From an uncultured Chloroflexia bacterium (GTDB lineage: Bacteria > Chloroflexota > Limnocylindria > Limnocylindrales > CSP1-4): a stretch of DNA of 64,000 nucleotides. Below the pieces are notes generated by a model. It made no database searches. It was not told the DNA's origin and saw only the letters and a program-made list of their open reading frames with translations. The position numbers and the translations under genes were made by a program. Positions within the stretch are counted from its first letter, which is position 1; every line of letters begins with the position of its first letter. Below, in pieces: positions 21,167 to 30,714 of the stretch. Location of the stretch: NCBI GenBank assembly GCA_963746845.1, contig CAVVCZ010000004.1:256001-320000 (forward strand). Reading direction: 5' to 3'.

Positions 21167-22225
21167 GTGGGGGAGCCGGGCGCCGCGTCCGCGCCGGATG
21201 CCGCGGCCCGGGCCGCGCTCCTCGCCGATGCCGCGATCGCGGGCGATCGGCGGGCCCTTGCCCGGCTGCTGACCGCGGTCGAGAACCGGACGGAGATCGC
21301 GGAGCCGGCGCTGCGGATCCTCTATCCGCGGGCCGGCAATGCCCACGTCGTCGGGATCACCGGCCCGCCCGGCGCCGGCAAGTCGACGCTCGTGGCCGCG
21401 CTGATCGGCGAGGTTCGGGCGGCCGGGCGGTCGGTCGCGGTCGTGGCGGTGGACCCGTCGTCTCCGATCACCGGCGGGGCGCTCCTCGGTGACCGGGTCC
21501 GGATGCAGAGCCACGCGGGCGACGACGGCGTGTTCATCCGGTCGATGGCCGCGCGGGGCCACGCCGGCGGTCTGGCCTCGACGACCGGCGCCGCCGCCGC
21601 CGTCCTCGACGCGGTCGGGTTCGACCTGGTGCTCGTCGAGACGGTCGGGACCGGCCAGAGCGAGGTCGAGGTCGCCGCGGCCGCCGACACGACCGTCGTT
21701 CTCGAGGCGCCCGAGATGGGCGACGAGGTCCAGGCGATCAAGGCCGGGCTGCTCGAGGTCGCCGACCTCGTCGTCGTCAACAAGGGCGACAAGCCCGGTG
21801 CCCAACGAACGGCCGCTCAGCTGCGGGCGATGCTGGTCGCCGGGGGTGGGCCGGCGGCCGGCGGACGTGACGCGGGATCCACGCCCGAACGGCCCCGGCC
21901 GAAGCGACCCGAGGTCCTGATCACGACGGCGGCGACCGGCGCCGGCGTCCCCGAGCTGCTCGCGGCGCTGGACCGGCATCGCGCGGCGCTGACTCCGGAC
22001 GTCGCCGCGGAGGCGCGGCTCGCCCGGGCGGAGGCCCAGGTCTGGGCGATCGTGGCCGACCGGCTCCGTGACCGGCTCCACGACCCGGCCGTGCGCGACG
22101 GGACGCGCGACACCCTCGCCGCCGTGGCGGCCCACCGGCTCGATCCGTACGCCGCCGCTGACGAGCTCCTGGCCCGGGTGGCGGGAGCCCGCGACCATCA
22201 CGCGCCCGACCGGACGCGGCGCTAG
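21167..22225 (+). CDS. meaB: Mutase-associated GTPase chaperone MeaB/ArgK
   Basis: GPPGAGKST, VDPSS..GGALLGDRVRM, ETVGTGQSE, KAGLLE, NKGD. Confidence 0.95.
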   Translation: MGEPGAASAPDAAARAALLADAAIAGDRRALARLLTAVENRTEIAEPALRILYPRAGNAHVVGITGPPGAGKSTLVAALIGEVRAAGRSVAVVAVDPSSPITGGALLGDRVRMQSHAGDDGVFIRSMAARGHAGGLASTTGAAAAVLDAVGFDLVLVETVGTGQSEVEVAAAADTTVVLEAPEMGDEVQAIKAGLLEVADLVVVNKGDKPGAQRTAAQLRAMLVAGGGPAAGGRDAGSTPERPRPKRPEVLITTAATGAGVPELLAALDRHRAALTPDVAAEARLARAEAQVWAIVADRLRDRLHDPAVRDGTRDTLAAVAAHRLDPYAAADELLARVAGARDHHAPDRTRR

Positions 22226-22234
22226 GCTGGGCCG

Positions 22235-23098
22235 ATGCGGCTCGATCGGACGTTCGTCGCGGGCGCCGGCCTGATGGGCCACGGGATCGCCCAGGCGCTC
22301 GCCGCCACCGGCCGCCAGGTCACGCTCTACGAGCCGGACCTCGTCCGGGCGAACGCCGGCCGCGACCGGATCGCCGACAACCTCGCGCGGTCTGTCGCCA
22401 AGGGCCGGCTGACGGAGCACGACCGGGAGGCCATCCTCGAGCGGATCCGGCCGACGAACGAGATGGCGGGCGCCCGGGATGCAGCCCTCGTGGTCGAGGC
22501 GGTCTTCGAGGATGTCGCCGTCAAGACCGTGCTGTGGTCCGGGCTGGACGGGCTCGCGCCCGCCCACGCGATCTTCGCGACCAATACGTCGTCGATCTCG
22601 ATCGACCGGCTCGCCGACGCAGTCGAGCCCGACCGGCGCGCCCGGTTCATCGGCATGCACTTCTTCAGCCCCGTTCCGGTGATGCCGCTGATCGAGGTGG
22701 TCCGCGGGGCGGCGACGAGCGACGCCACGGACGGCGCCGTCCGCGATCTGGCGGCCGACATGGGCAAGCAGGTCATCGTCTCCGCGGACCGGCCCGGCTT
22801 CATCGTCAATCGGATCCTCATGCCGTTCCTCGCCGAGGCGATGCGCGCCTACGAGCAGGACGTGGCCACCGCCGAGGACATCGACGCGGGCGCCCGGCTC
22901 GGGCTCAACCACCCGATGGGGCCGCTCGAGCTCGCCGACTTCATCGGCCTCGACGTCTGCCTCGGGATCATGGAGATCCTCGACGAAGGGTTCGGGCGGG
23001 ACCAGTTCGTTCCGCCGGCGATCCTCCGGAGCCTGGTCGAGGCGGGCCACCTCGGCCGGAAGACGGGTCGCGGGTTCCACGTCTATCCACGGCCCTGA
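22235..23098 (+). CDS. 3-hydroxybutyryl-CoA (3-hydroxyacyl-CoA) dehydrogenase
   Basis: GAGLMGHGIA, TNTSS, GMHFFSPVP, GFIVNR, HPMGP. Confidence 0.94.
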   Translation: MRLDRTFVAGAGLMGHGIAQALAATGRQVTLYEPDLVRANAGRDRIADNLARSVAKGRLTEHDREAILERIRPTNEMAGARDAALVVEAVFEDVAVKTVLWSGLDGLAPAHAIFATNTSSISIDRLADAVEPDRRARFIGMHFFSPVPVMPLIEVVRGAATSDATDGAVRDLAADMGKQVIVSADRPGFIVNRILMPFLAEAMRAYEQDVATAEDIDAGARLGLNHPMGPLELADFIGLDVCLGIMEILDEGFGRDQFVPPAILRSLVEAGHLGRKTGRGFHVYPRP

Positions 23099-23125
23099 CG
23101 GCCGGCGGCGACGTCCTCGGGTCCG

Positions 23126-26100
23126 CTAGCCCTCGGGGGCCAGGACGAGCGCCCGGACCGTCGCGTCGACCGTGGCGATGTCGAACGGCTTGGCGAGGAG
23201 CTGCACGCCGCGGGCCGTCGCGAAGTCGCGCAGCTCCGGGTTCAGGACGTCGCCGCTCATGAACGCGAACCGCCGGCCGAGGGACGGGTCGATCTCGACG
23301 ACCAAGGCGTGGAACTCGGTGCCGGTCATGCCGGCCATCCGGTGGTCGCACAGGATCGCGGTCGGTGGGTCGGACCGGACGATGTCGAGCGCGGCGACCC
23401 CCGTCGAGGCCAGCACCGGCTCGTAGCCGGACCGCGACAGGACGCGAGCGAGAAACTCGCGGATCGCGGGCTCGTCGTCGAGGACGAGGATCCGGGGGCC
23501 GGTCGTGGCGCCGGCGTCGTCGCGTCGGCGGAGGTCGTCCAGGGCGAGATCGTCGGCCGTCCCGACGGCGGCGTCGCCCGATCCATTCGATCCGTCCGAT
23601 CCGTCGGACGCGTCCGCCGGCGGACCGTCGGCCGGCGCGGGGCGGCCGACCGGCAGCTCGATCACGAACGTCGCCCCACCGTCGGCGTTCGGCTCGTGGT
23701 GGATCGACCCGCCATGGGCCGCGACGATCCCGAACGACACGGACAGCCCGAGACCCGTCCCGGAGCCCGGCGGCTTCGTCGTCACGAACGGCATGAACAG
23801 CCGGTCGAGGACCTCGGCGGGGATGCCCGGACCGTCGTCGGCGATCGTGATCCGGACGACCCTGCCGGCATTCCGCCCCTCGACCCGCGCCCGGATCGTG
23901 AGCCGGCCGGGTCGTCCGGCTTCGCGGACGGCCTGGGCCGCGTTGACCGTCAGGTTGACGAGGACCTGCTGGAACTGCGATCGGTCGACCGACAGCGTCG
24001 GCAGGTCGGCGGGGATGTCGATCTCGACCGTCAGGCGGTCGCGTGTCAGCAGGTACGACTGGAGGCCGAGCACGCTGTCGACCAGCGGGCGCAGCTCCGT
24101 CTCGACCCGCTCGGGCGGCCGCTGCCGGGCGAAGTCGAGCAGGTTGCCGACGATCGTCCGCGTCCGGTTCGCCTCCTGGACGAGGAGGTCCGCCTGGGTC
24201 CGCAGGTCGGGCGGCAGGCGGGGATCGGACCGGATGAGCTGACTGAATGCGACGATCGAGGCCAGCGGGTTGTTCAGCTCGTGCGCGACGCCGGCCACGA
24301 GCAGCCCGATCGCGTCCATCTTCTGGGCCTGGACGAGCTCCGCCTGGAGGCGGCTCCGATCGGTCAGGTCGCGCACGATCGCGAGCATCCGCGGCTCGCC
24401 GTCGAGCTCGATCCGGCGGACGTCGACCTCCTCGGGGAACGTCGAGCCGTCGAGCCGGTGGCCGATGCCCGTGTAGTGCGCCACGCCGTCCTCGTCGACG
24501 GTCGTCGTGTCCTCGTCGTCGCTCACGAGCTCGTCGACGCTGTGGCCGATCAGGTCGTCGCCGTACAGCCGCCGCGCGGCCGGGTTCGCGTCGAGCACGA
24601 CGCGGTCCAGGGACTGCACGACGAGGGCATCCGGCGACGCCTCGAAGAGCTCCCGGTAGCGGCGCTCGCTGGCCTCCGCTCCTTCGCGGAGCCGGCGGTT
24701 GGCGAACGAGATGTCGAGGACGCGGCCGATCGCATCGAGGGTGCGGGTGTCCAGCTCCAGCTCGTCCACGGTCTCGCGGAAGACCGAGTAGACGATCCCG
24801 ACGAGGCGGTCCTCCTCCCGGATGGCGAACGCCGCCACGGAGCGGAACCCATCCTCCACCGCGGTCCTGCTGCCGGCGGTCGTGACCGTCGCCGAGGTGA
24901 TCGGCAGGAGGACCGAGTGCCCGCCCGCGATCAGGCTCGCGGCGACCGGCAGGGTCGAGAGCGGCCGGGCCATCAGCGGCTCGATCCGCGCCGGATCCAG
25001 GTTCGCGACCGCGATCGGGCGGAGGTGGTCGCCCTCGACCTGCCCGAGGACCGACCCGGCCGCGCCGATCACCGCGTTGATCTCGGCGAGCAGGCCGTCG
25101 AGCGGGCGCTCCTCGGCCGGAGCCACCGTCGGGAGGCGGGTGAGCTCGACGAGCGCCCGCATCCGGCGGGTGAGCAGCCGCTCCTCCTCGAGCCCGCGCT
25201 CGACGATCGCGATGAGCCGGGCGTTCTCGAGCGCGGCCGCGATCAGGGCAGCGGACTGGCGGAGGACGGCCGTCGACGGCTCCGTCCGGACCTCGCGGCG
25301 CCAGCCGAGGGCGATCGCCCCGATCAGCTCCCCGGACACGTGGAGGCCGAAGACCATCAGATGCCGGAGGCCGTCCGCGGCGATCGCGGCCCGGACGTCC
25401 TCCGGGAGCGAGACGGTGTCGACGTCCCCGCTGATGAACGCGTCGGGCGAGCGCAGCGCATCGACGACGGCCGCATCGGGCTCGCCCGACGCCTCGATCG
25501 CCCGGATCGTCTCTGGCCGGAGGCCGTGCGCCGCGATCGCCTCGTACGTTCCCTCTGCCGAGATCACCGCGCCCGCGTCCGCGCCGATCGCTCGACCGAC
25601 GATGTCGAGCGCCGCGTCCGCGACCTCGGCGACGCTCCTGGCACGGCCGGTTGCGGCCACGAGGGTGGCCAGCGCCGCCATCTCGGCCTCGAGGCGGGCG
25701 CTGGCGGTGACGTCACGGTTCGTGACGAGCATCCGGGGCGCCGGTTGGTCCGGGTCGTGGACGAAGATCGTCGTCGTGTCGACGATCAGCTCGGTGCCGG
25801 CGAGCGGGCCGCGTTGGATCCGCTGGACGATCCGGCCGCTCCAGAACCCCGTCCGGGCGAGGGTCGGACGGATGATCCGGCCGACGACGTCCGGTTGGCC
25901 GGGCATCTCGACCGAGAGGCTCTTCCGGAGGTTGACGCCGACCGCGTCGGCTGCCGGGATGCCATAGAGACGCTCCGCGGCCGCGTTCCACGCGAGGACG
26001 GTCAGGTCGGCATCGAGGAGGCCGATCGCGTCCTGCGAGGCATGGATCGCCTCGGCGGCACTGCCGGGGCCGAGGACCGGTCCATCGTCCGGCTCGGGCT

Positions 26101-26152
26101 CGCTCGTCGGGGCGGCTCGCCGCCCGGCGGCCGCCGGTTCGTGGTCGGACAC
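23126..26152 (-). CDS. Hybrid sensor histidine kinase (PAS-GAF-GAF-PAS-HisKA-HATPase-REC)
   Basis: WNAAAERLYG PAS, AHELNNPL H-box, N/G1/F/G2 boxes, C-terminal receiver (LVLDDE, CDHRM, KPF); TAGGAT 7 nt before the GTG. Confidence 0.92.
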   Translation of the reverse strand: MSDHEPAAAGRRAAPTSEPEPDDGPVLGPGSAAEAIHASQDAIGLLDADLTVLAWNAAAERLYGIPAADAVGVNLRKSLSVEMPGQPDVVGRIIRPTLARTGFWSGRIVQRIQRGPLAGTELIVDTTTIFVHDPDQPAPRMLVTNRDVTASARLEAEMAALATLVAATGRARSVAEVADAALDIVGRAIGADAGAVISAEGTYEAIAAHGLRPETIRAIEASGEPDAAVVDALRSPDAFISGDVDTVSLPEDVRAAIAADGLRHLMVFGLHVSGELIGAIALGWRREVRTEPSTAVLRQSAALIAAALENARLIAIVERGLEEERLLTRRMRALVELTRLPTVAPAEERPLDGLLAEINAVIGAAGSVLGQVEGDHLRPIAVANLDPARIEPLMARPLSTLPVAASLIAGGHSVLLPITSATVTTAGSRTAVEDGFRSVAAFAIREEDRLVGIVYSVFRETVDELELDTRTLDAIGRVLDISFANRRLREGAEASERRYRELFEASPDALVVQSLDRVVLDANPAARRLYGDDLIGHSVDELVSDDEDTTTVDEDGVAHYTGIGHRLDGSTFPEEVDVRRIELDGEPRMLAIVRDLTDRSRLQAELVQAQKMDAIGLLVAGVAHELNNPLASIVAFSQLIRSDPRLPPDLRTQADLLVQEANRTRTIVGNLLDFARQRPPERVETELRPLVDSVLGLQSYLLTRDRLTVEIDIPADLPTLSVDRSQFQQVLVNLTVNAAQAVREAGRPGRLTIRARVEGRNAGRVVRITIADDGPGIPAEVLDRLFMPFVTTKPPGSGTGLGLSVSFGIVAAHGGSIHHEPNADGGATFVIELPVGRPAPADGPPADASDGSDGSNGSGDAAVGTADDLALDDLRRRDDAGATTGPRILVLDDEPAIREFLARVLSRSGYEPVLASTGVAALDIVRSDPPTAILCDHRMAGMTGTEFHALVVEIDPSLGRRFAFMSGDVLNPELRDFATARGVQLLAKPFDIATVDATVRALVLAPEG

Positions 26153-26177
26153 GCCCGGTATCCTACGCTGGCCGTCC

Positions 26178-27392
26178 GTGGCGCCCGGGAACGCGGGCCG
26201 TGCGGCGCGCGAGGAGGACGGATCGCTGAGCTGGCCGCTGACGGACGAGGAACGGCTCCTCCGCGACACGGCCCGCGAGTTCGCCCGCCGGGCGATCGCC
26301 CCGACGGCGATCGAGCGCGACGAGGCAGAGCGGTTCGATCGCACGATCTTCACCGGCATGGGCGAGCTGGGGCTGGCGGGCGCGCCGCTCCCGGAGTCGG
26401 TCGGCGGCTCCGGGTTCAGCTACGTCGGCTGGTCGCTCGTCATGGAGGAGATCGGCGCGGTCGACCTGGCGTCGGCCGTCACCCTGTCGGTCCACATCCT
26501 GTCGCAGTACCCCGTGGTGACCTGGGGCACGCCCGACCAGCAGGCCCGCTGGCTGGCCCCGATGGTGACTGGCGAGGCGCTCGGGGCATTCGCGCTGACG
26601 GAACCGCACGCGGGATCCGATGCCGCGGCGATCCGGACGCGCGCGGAGCGGGTGGGGCCGGCCGATTCGCCCGAGGGGTACCGCCTCACAGGGACGAAGA
26701 TCTGGATCACGAACGCCCCCGAGGCCGACCGCTACCTGGTGTTCGCGGTCGTCGACCCGTCGCTCGGGTCGAAGGGGATCGGCGCGTTCCTCGTCGAGAA
26801 GGGGATGGCCGGGTTCACGTTCGGTGCCCACGAGAAGAAGATGGGGATCCGGGCGTGTCCGGCCGCGGAGCTCGTGTTCGAGTCGTGCTTCGTCCCTGTC
26901 GCGAACCGGCTCGGGGCGGAGGGCGACGGATACCGGATCGCCCTCTCGGCGCTGGCGGAGGGCCGGATCTCGATCGCGGCCGCGTGCGTGGGGCTGGCGC
27001 GCTCCGGGCTGGAGGCGGCGGCGGCCTATCTCCGGCAGCGGAAGGCGTTCGGCGGCGTGCTCGCCGAGCAGCAGGGCCTGCGGTTCATGGTCGCGGAGCT
27101 GGCACGGGACGTCGAGGCGGCACGGGCGCTGACCCGCCAGGCGGCGGCGATGAAGGACCGGGGCGAGCCGATCGGGGTCGCCGCGTCGCTGGCGAAGTGG
27201 ACGGCCTCGGACACGGCGATGCGCGTGGCGACGGACGCCGTCCAGCTGTTCGGGGCGAGCGGGTATTCGCGCGAGACGGGCATCGAGCGGCTGATGCGCG
27301 ACGCGAAGGGCGCCCAGATCTATGAGGGCACGAACCAGATCCACCGCGGGATCGTGGCGGACTCGGTGTTCGAGGGGCTGCCGCCCGAGTAG
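26178..27392 (+). CDS. Acyl-CoA dehydrogenase (short/branched-chain type)
   Basis: FALTEPHAGSD, GTKIWITN, KKMGIR, QLFGASGY, IYEGTNQI. Confidence 0.95.
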   Translation: MAPGNAGRAAREEDGSLSWPLTDEERLLRDTAREFARRAIAPTAIERDEAERFDRTIFTGMGELGLAGAPLPESVGGSGFSYVGWSLVMEEIGAVDLASAVTLSVHILSQYPVVTWGTPDQQARWLAPMVTGEALGAFALTEPHAGSDAAAIRTRAERVGPADSPEGYRLTGTKIWITNAPEADRYLVFAVVDPSLGSKGIGAFLVEKGMAGFTFGAHEKKMGIRACPAAELVFESCFVPVANRLGAEGDGYRIALSALAEGRISIAAACVGLARSGLEAAAAYLRQRKAFGGVLAEQQGLRFMVAELARDVEAARALTRQAAAMKDRGEPIGVAASLAKWTASDTAMRVATDAVQLFGASGYSRETGIERLMRDAKGAQIYEGTNQIHRGIVADSVFEGLPPE

Positions 27393-27446
27393 CGCACGCG
27401 GCGTTCCTCACCTGAGCCGGGCTGCGCGGACGTGTAGATTCGCGGC

Positions 27447-28985
27447 ATGACCGACCTCGCCACGCCGAGCTCCCGGGACTCCTCGTCCGTCGCAGCCGCC
27501 CCGCCCACCTTCCGCCACTTCATCGCCGGGGAGTGGTGCGAATCCACGTCCGGCGCCACGTTCGAGAGCCGGAACCCCGCCGACACGCGCGACGTGATCG
27601 GCCGGTTCCAGCAGGGGACCCCCGCGGACGTCGCCATGGCGATCCGTGCGGCCGACGTCGCGGGGGGGATGTGGCGCCGGACGCCGGCCCCGAAGCGCGG
27701 CGAGATCCTCTACCGCTTCGGCGCCCTGATGGCCGAGCACAAGGAGCGCCTGGCCCGGGCGATGACGCGCGAGATGGGCAAGGTCCTCGCGGAGGCCCGC
27801 GGCGACGTCCAGGAGGGCATCGACATCGCGTTCCTGATGGCCGGCGAAGGCCGTCGGATGTTCGGCGACACCGTGCCGTCCGAGCTGCCCGACAAGTGGG
27901 CGATGAGCATCCGCGAGCCGATCGGCGTGGCCGGGATCATCACGCCCTGGAACTTCCCGATCGCCATCCCGTGCTGGAAGTCGATGCCGGCCCTCGTCGC
28001 AGGCAACACCGTCGTCTTCAAGCCGTCGAGCGACACGCCCCACTGCGCCACGCTCCTCGTCGAGCTGATGGCCGAGGCCGGCTTCCCGGCCGGAACGATC
28101 AACCTGGTCACGGGCGCCGGCGCCGAGGTCGGGAACGCGATCGTCGACAACCCGGACGTCCAGGTCGTGTCGTTCACCGGCTCGTCGGACACGGGCCGTC
28201 TCCTCGCCGAGCGCGCCGGGCGGAAGCTGAAGCGCCTCAGCCTGGAGCTGGGCGGCAAGAACGCGATCGTCGTCATGGCCGACGCCGACCTCGACCTCGC
28301 CACCGACGGGATCACCTGGTCGGCCTTCGGGACCACCGGCCAGCGCTGCACGGCGGCGAGCCGGGTGATCGTGGAGCGCGCGGCCGTCGAGCCGCTGCTG
28401 GAGCGTCTCGAACGACGGGCGCGCACCCTCAGGCTCGGGTCAGGGCTGGACGAGACCGTCGACGTCGGGCCGTTGATCAACCCGGCCGCCGTCGACAAGG
28501 TCGGACGCTACGTCGAGATCGGGCGAGGGGAGGGCGAGCTGATCCTGGGCGGCGAACCGGCCCGCGACGGCGCCCTCGCCAACGGCCACTTCTTTGCGCC
28601 GACGATCTTCCGCGACATCGCGCCGATGGATCGGCTGGCCCAGGAGGAGATCTTCGGGCCGGTGCTGTCGGTCATCCCCGTCGACGACTACTCGTCGGCC
28701 GTCACGGCGGTCAACCAGACGAAGTACGGCCTGAGCTCGTCGATCTTCACCTCGGACGCGAACACCGCGTTCCGGGCGATGCGCGACTTCGAGACCGGCA
28801 TCGTCTACGTCAACGCGGGCACGACCGGCGCCGAGACGCACCTCCCGTTCGGCGGCTGGAAGGAGACCGGCAACGGTCACCGCGAGGCGGGTCACGCGGC
28901 GCTCGACACGTTCACCGAGTGGAAGTCGATCTACGTCGACTTCAGCGGCAGGCTCCAGCGGGCACAGATCGACAACCAGGAGTGA
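27447..28985 (+). CDS. Aldehyde dehydrogenase family protein
   Basis: ITPWNFP, FTGS, LELGGKN, GQRCTA, EEIFGPV. Confidence 0.96.
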   Translation: MTDLATPSSRDSSSVAAAPPTFRHFIAGEWCESTSGATFESRNPADTRDVIGRFQQGTPADVAMAIRAADVAGGMWRRTPAPKRGEILYRFGALMAEHKERLARAMTREMGKVLAEARGDVQEGIDIAFLMAGEGRRMFGDTVPSELPDKWAMSIREPIGVAGIITPWNFPIAIPCWKSMPALVAGNTVVFKPSSDTPHCATLLVELMAEAGFPAGTINLVTGAGAEVGNAIVDNPDVQVVSFTGSSDTGRLLAERAGRKLKRLSLELGGKNAIVVMADADLDLATDGITWSAFGTTGQRCTAASRVIVERAAVEPLLERLERRARTLRLGSGLDETVDVGPLINPAAVDKVGRYVEIGRGEGELILGGEPARDGALANGHFFAPTIFRDIAPMDRLAQEEIFGPVLSVIPVDDYSSAVTAVNQTKYGLSSSIFTSDANTAFRAMRDFETGIVYVNAGTTGAETHLPFGGWKETGNGHREAGHAALDTFTEWKSIYVDFSGRLQRAQIDNQE

Positions 28986-29485
28986 GCGCCACCCCGCCCG
29001 CGATCGAGATCCGGCCCGTCACGCTCGACGATCTCGAGGTCCTGATCGACATCTACCTCGACACCGCCATCCACCACGCGGCGATCGATCCGGAAGTGTT
29101 CCGGATTCCGGCGCGCGACGACGTTGCGGTCCGCCTGCGGCATCGCATCGAAGGCCGTGGCGACACCGCCGAATACGTGGCCGCGATGCTCGACGGCGTC
29201 ATGGTCGGCTCCGCGTCGGTCGACCTCGAGGAGCCGCCCAGTCCGGGCAACATGTTCCGGGCCGTGCCCACGGCCGAGTTCGGCGTGTCGGTCGTGGACG
29301 GCTACCGCGGTCGGGGGATCGGCCGGGCCCTGATCGGCCACCTCGAGGGCTGGGCCGCGGATCACGGGGTCGAGCGGATGGTCCTGAACGTCGCCGAGGC
29401 GAACGTGGACGCGATCCGGCTGTATCACGCCCTCGGCTACCAGGACTACGACCGGGCGATGCGCAAGGACCTCCGACGCCCGTGA
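28982..29485 (+). CDS. GNAT family N-acetyltransferase
   Basis: VVDGYRGRGIGRAL acetyl-CoA motif, NVDAIRLY; GTGA overlap. Confidence 0.9.
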   Translation: MSATPPAIEIRPVTLDDLEVLIDIYLDTAIHHAAIDPEVFRIPARDDVAVRLRHRIEGRGDTAEYVAAMLDGVMVGSASVDLEEPPSPGNMFRAVPTAEFGVSVVDGYRGRGIGRALIGHLEGWAADHGVERMVLNVAEANVDAIRLYHALGYQDYDRAMRKDLRRP

Positions 29486-29817
29486 CCTTCGACGACGTCC
29501 GGCGGATCGCGCTCGGGCTGCCGGAGGTGGAGGAGCGCGTGACGTGGGAGACAGACATCACGTTCCGCGTCCGCGACCGGATCTTCGCGATCGGCGGCGA
29601 CGGGAGCGACCGGGTCTCGATCAAGGCGAGCCTCGAGACGCAGGCGGAGCTGGTCGAGCTGGACCCCGAGACCTTCGCCCCGTCGGCGTATGTCGGCCGG
29701 TTCGGCTGGGTGACGGTGGTGCTTGGGCGAATCGACGAGGACCTGCTCACGAGCCTCCTCCGGGAGGCGTGGCGACGGACGGCACCGAAGAAGCTCGGAG
29801 CGACCCTGGAGGGGTGA
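29482..29817 (+). CDS. MmcQ/YjbR family DNA-binding protein
   Basis: TFRVRDRIFA, YVGRFGWV, EAWRRTAPKKL. Confidence 0.85.
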   Translation: MTFDDVRRIALGLPEVEERVTWETDITFRVRDRIFAIGGDGSDRVSIKASLETQAELVELDPETFAPSAYVGRFGWVTVVLGRIDEDLLTSLLREAWRRTAPKKLGATLEG

Positions 29818-29821
29818 AGGA

Positions 29822-30604
29822 GTGACACCGACCGACAAGCCGCTGCCGGACCACGTCCTGCGCAACCGCGCAGCGTGGGATCGCTGGGCAGCCGACTACG
29901 TCGCGAACGGCGAGGTGAGCTGGCGGCTCGCGCCCGGCGACGAGAAGTGGGGGACCTGGGACATCCCGGAGGGGGACCTCCACCTGTTCCCGGACGACCT
30001 GACCGGCCGCGACACGATCGAGCTCGGGTGCGGGACGGCGTACATCTCCGCCTGGCTGGCCCGGCGCGGCGCGCGCCCGGTCGGAATCGACAACTCGGAG
30101 GGGCAGCTCGCGACCGCCCGTCGCCTCCAGGCGGAGCACGGGCTCGAGTTCCCCCTCGTCCACGGCAACGCCGAGCACGTGCCGTATCCCGACGCGAGCT
30201 TCGACCTCGCGATCTCCGAGTACGGCGCGTCGATCTGGGCCGATCCGTACGCCTGGATCCCGGAGGCCGCCCGCCTGCTGCGGCCCGGTGGCCGGCTGAT
30301 CTTCCTGATCAACTCGACCCTGCTGATGCTCTGCATGCCGGACGAGGAGCGGCCCGCCACGAACGAGCTCATCCGGCCGCTTCGCGGGCTCCATCGGCTC
30401 GAGTGGTCCGACGACGAGTCGGTCAACTTCGCGCTGGGTCACGGCGACTGGATCCGGCTGCTGCGCGGGAGCGGCTTCGAGATCGAAGACCTTCGCGAGC
30501 TCTGGCCGCCCGACGGCGCGACGACGGACTTCCCCTACGTCACCCCGGACTGGGCTGCGCAGTGGCCCAGCGAGGAGGTCTGGATCGCCCGCAAGCGCGG
30601 CTGA
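29822..30604 (+). CDS. Class I SAM-dependent methyltransferase
   Basis: IELGCGTA motif I, SFDLAISEYGA, LLRPGGRL. Confidence 0.92.
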   Translation: MTPTDKPLPDHVLRNRAAWDRWAADYVANGEVSWRLAPGDEKWGTWDIPEGDLHLFPDDLTGRDTIELGCGTAYISAWLARRGARPVGIDNSEGQLATARRLQAEHGLEFPLVHGNAEHVPYPDASFDLAISEYGASIWADPYAWIPEAARLLRPGGRLIFLINSTLLMLCMPDEERPATNELIRPLRGLHRLEWSDDESVNFALGHGDWIRLLRGSGFEIEDLRELWPPDGATTDFPYVTPDWAAQWPSEEVWIARKRG

Positions 30605-30714
30605 CTCAGCCGGGCCGTGACGGGCGCTCGGAAGTCCGATCCGCCGCGGTTCGACGTATGGGCTCGCATGTCCATGCCGCCCCGAAACCGCCGCCTCCGT
30701 TACCCTTCCCACCC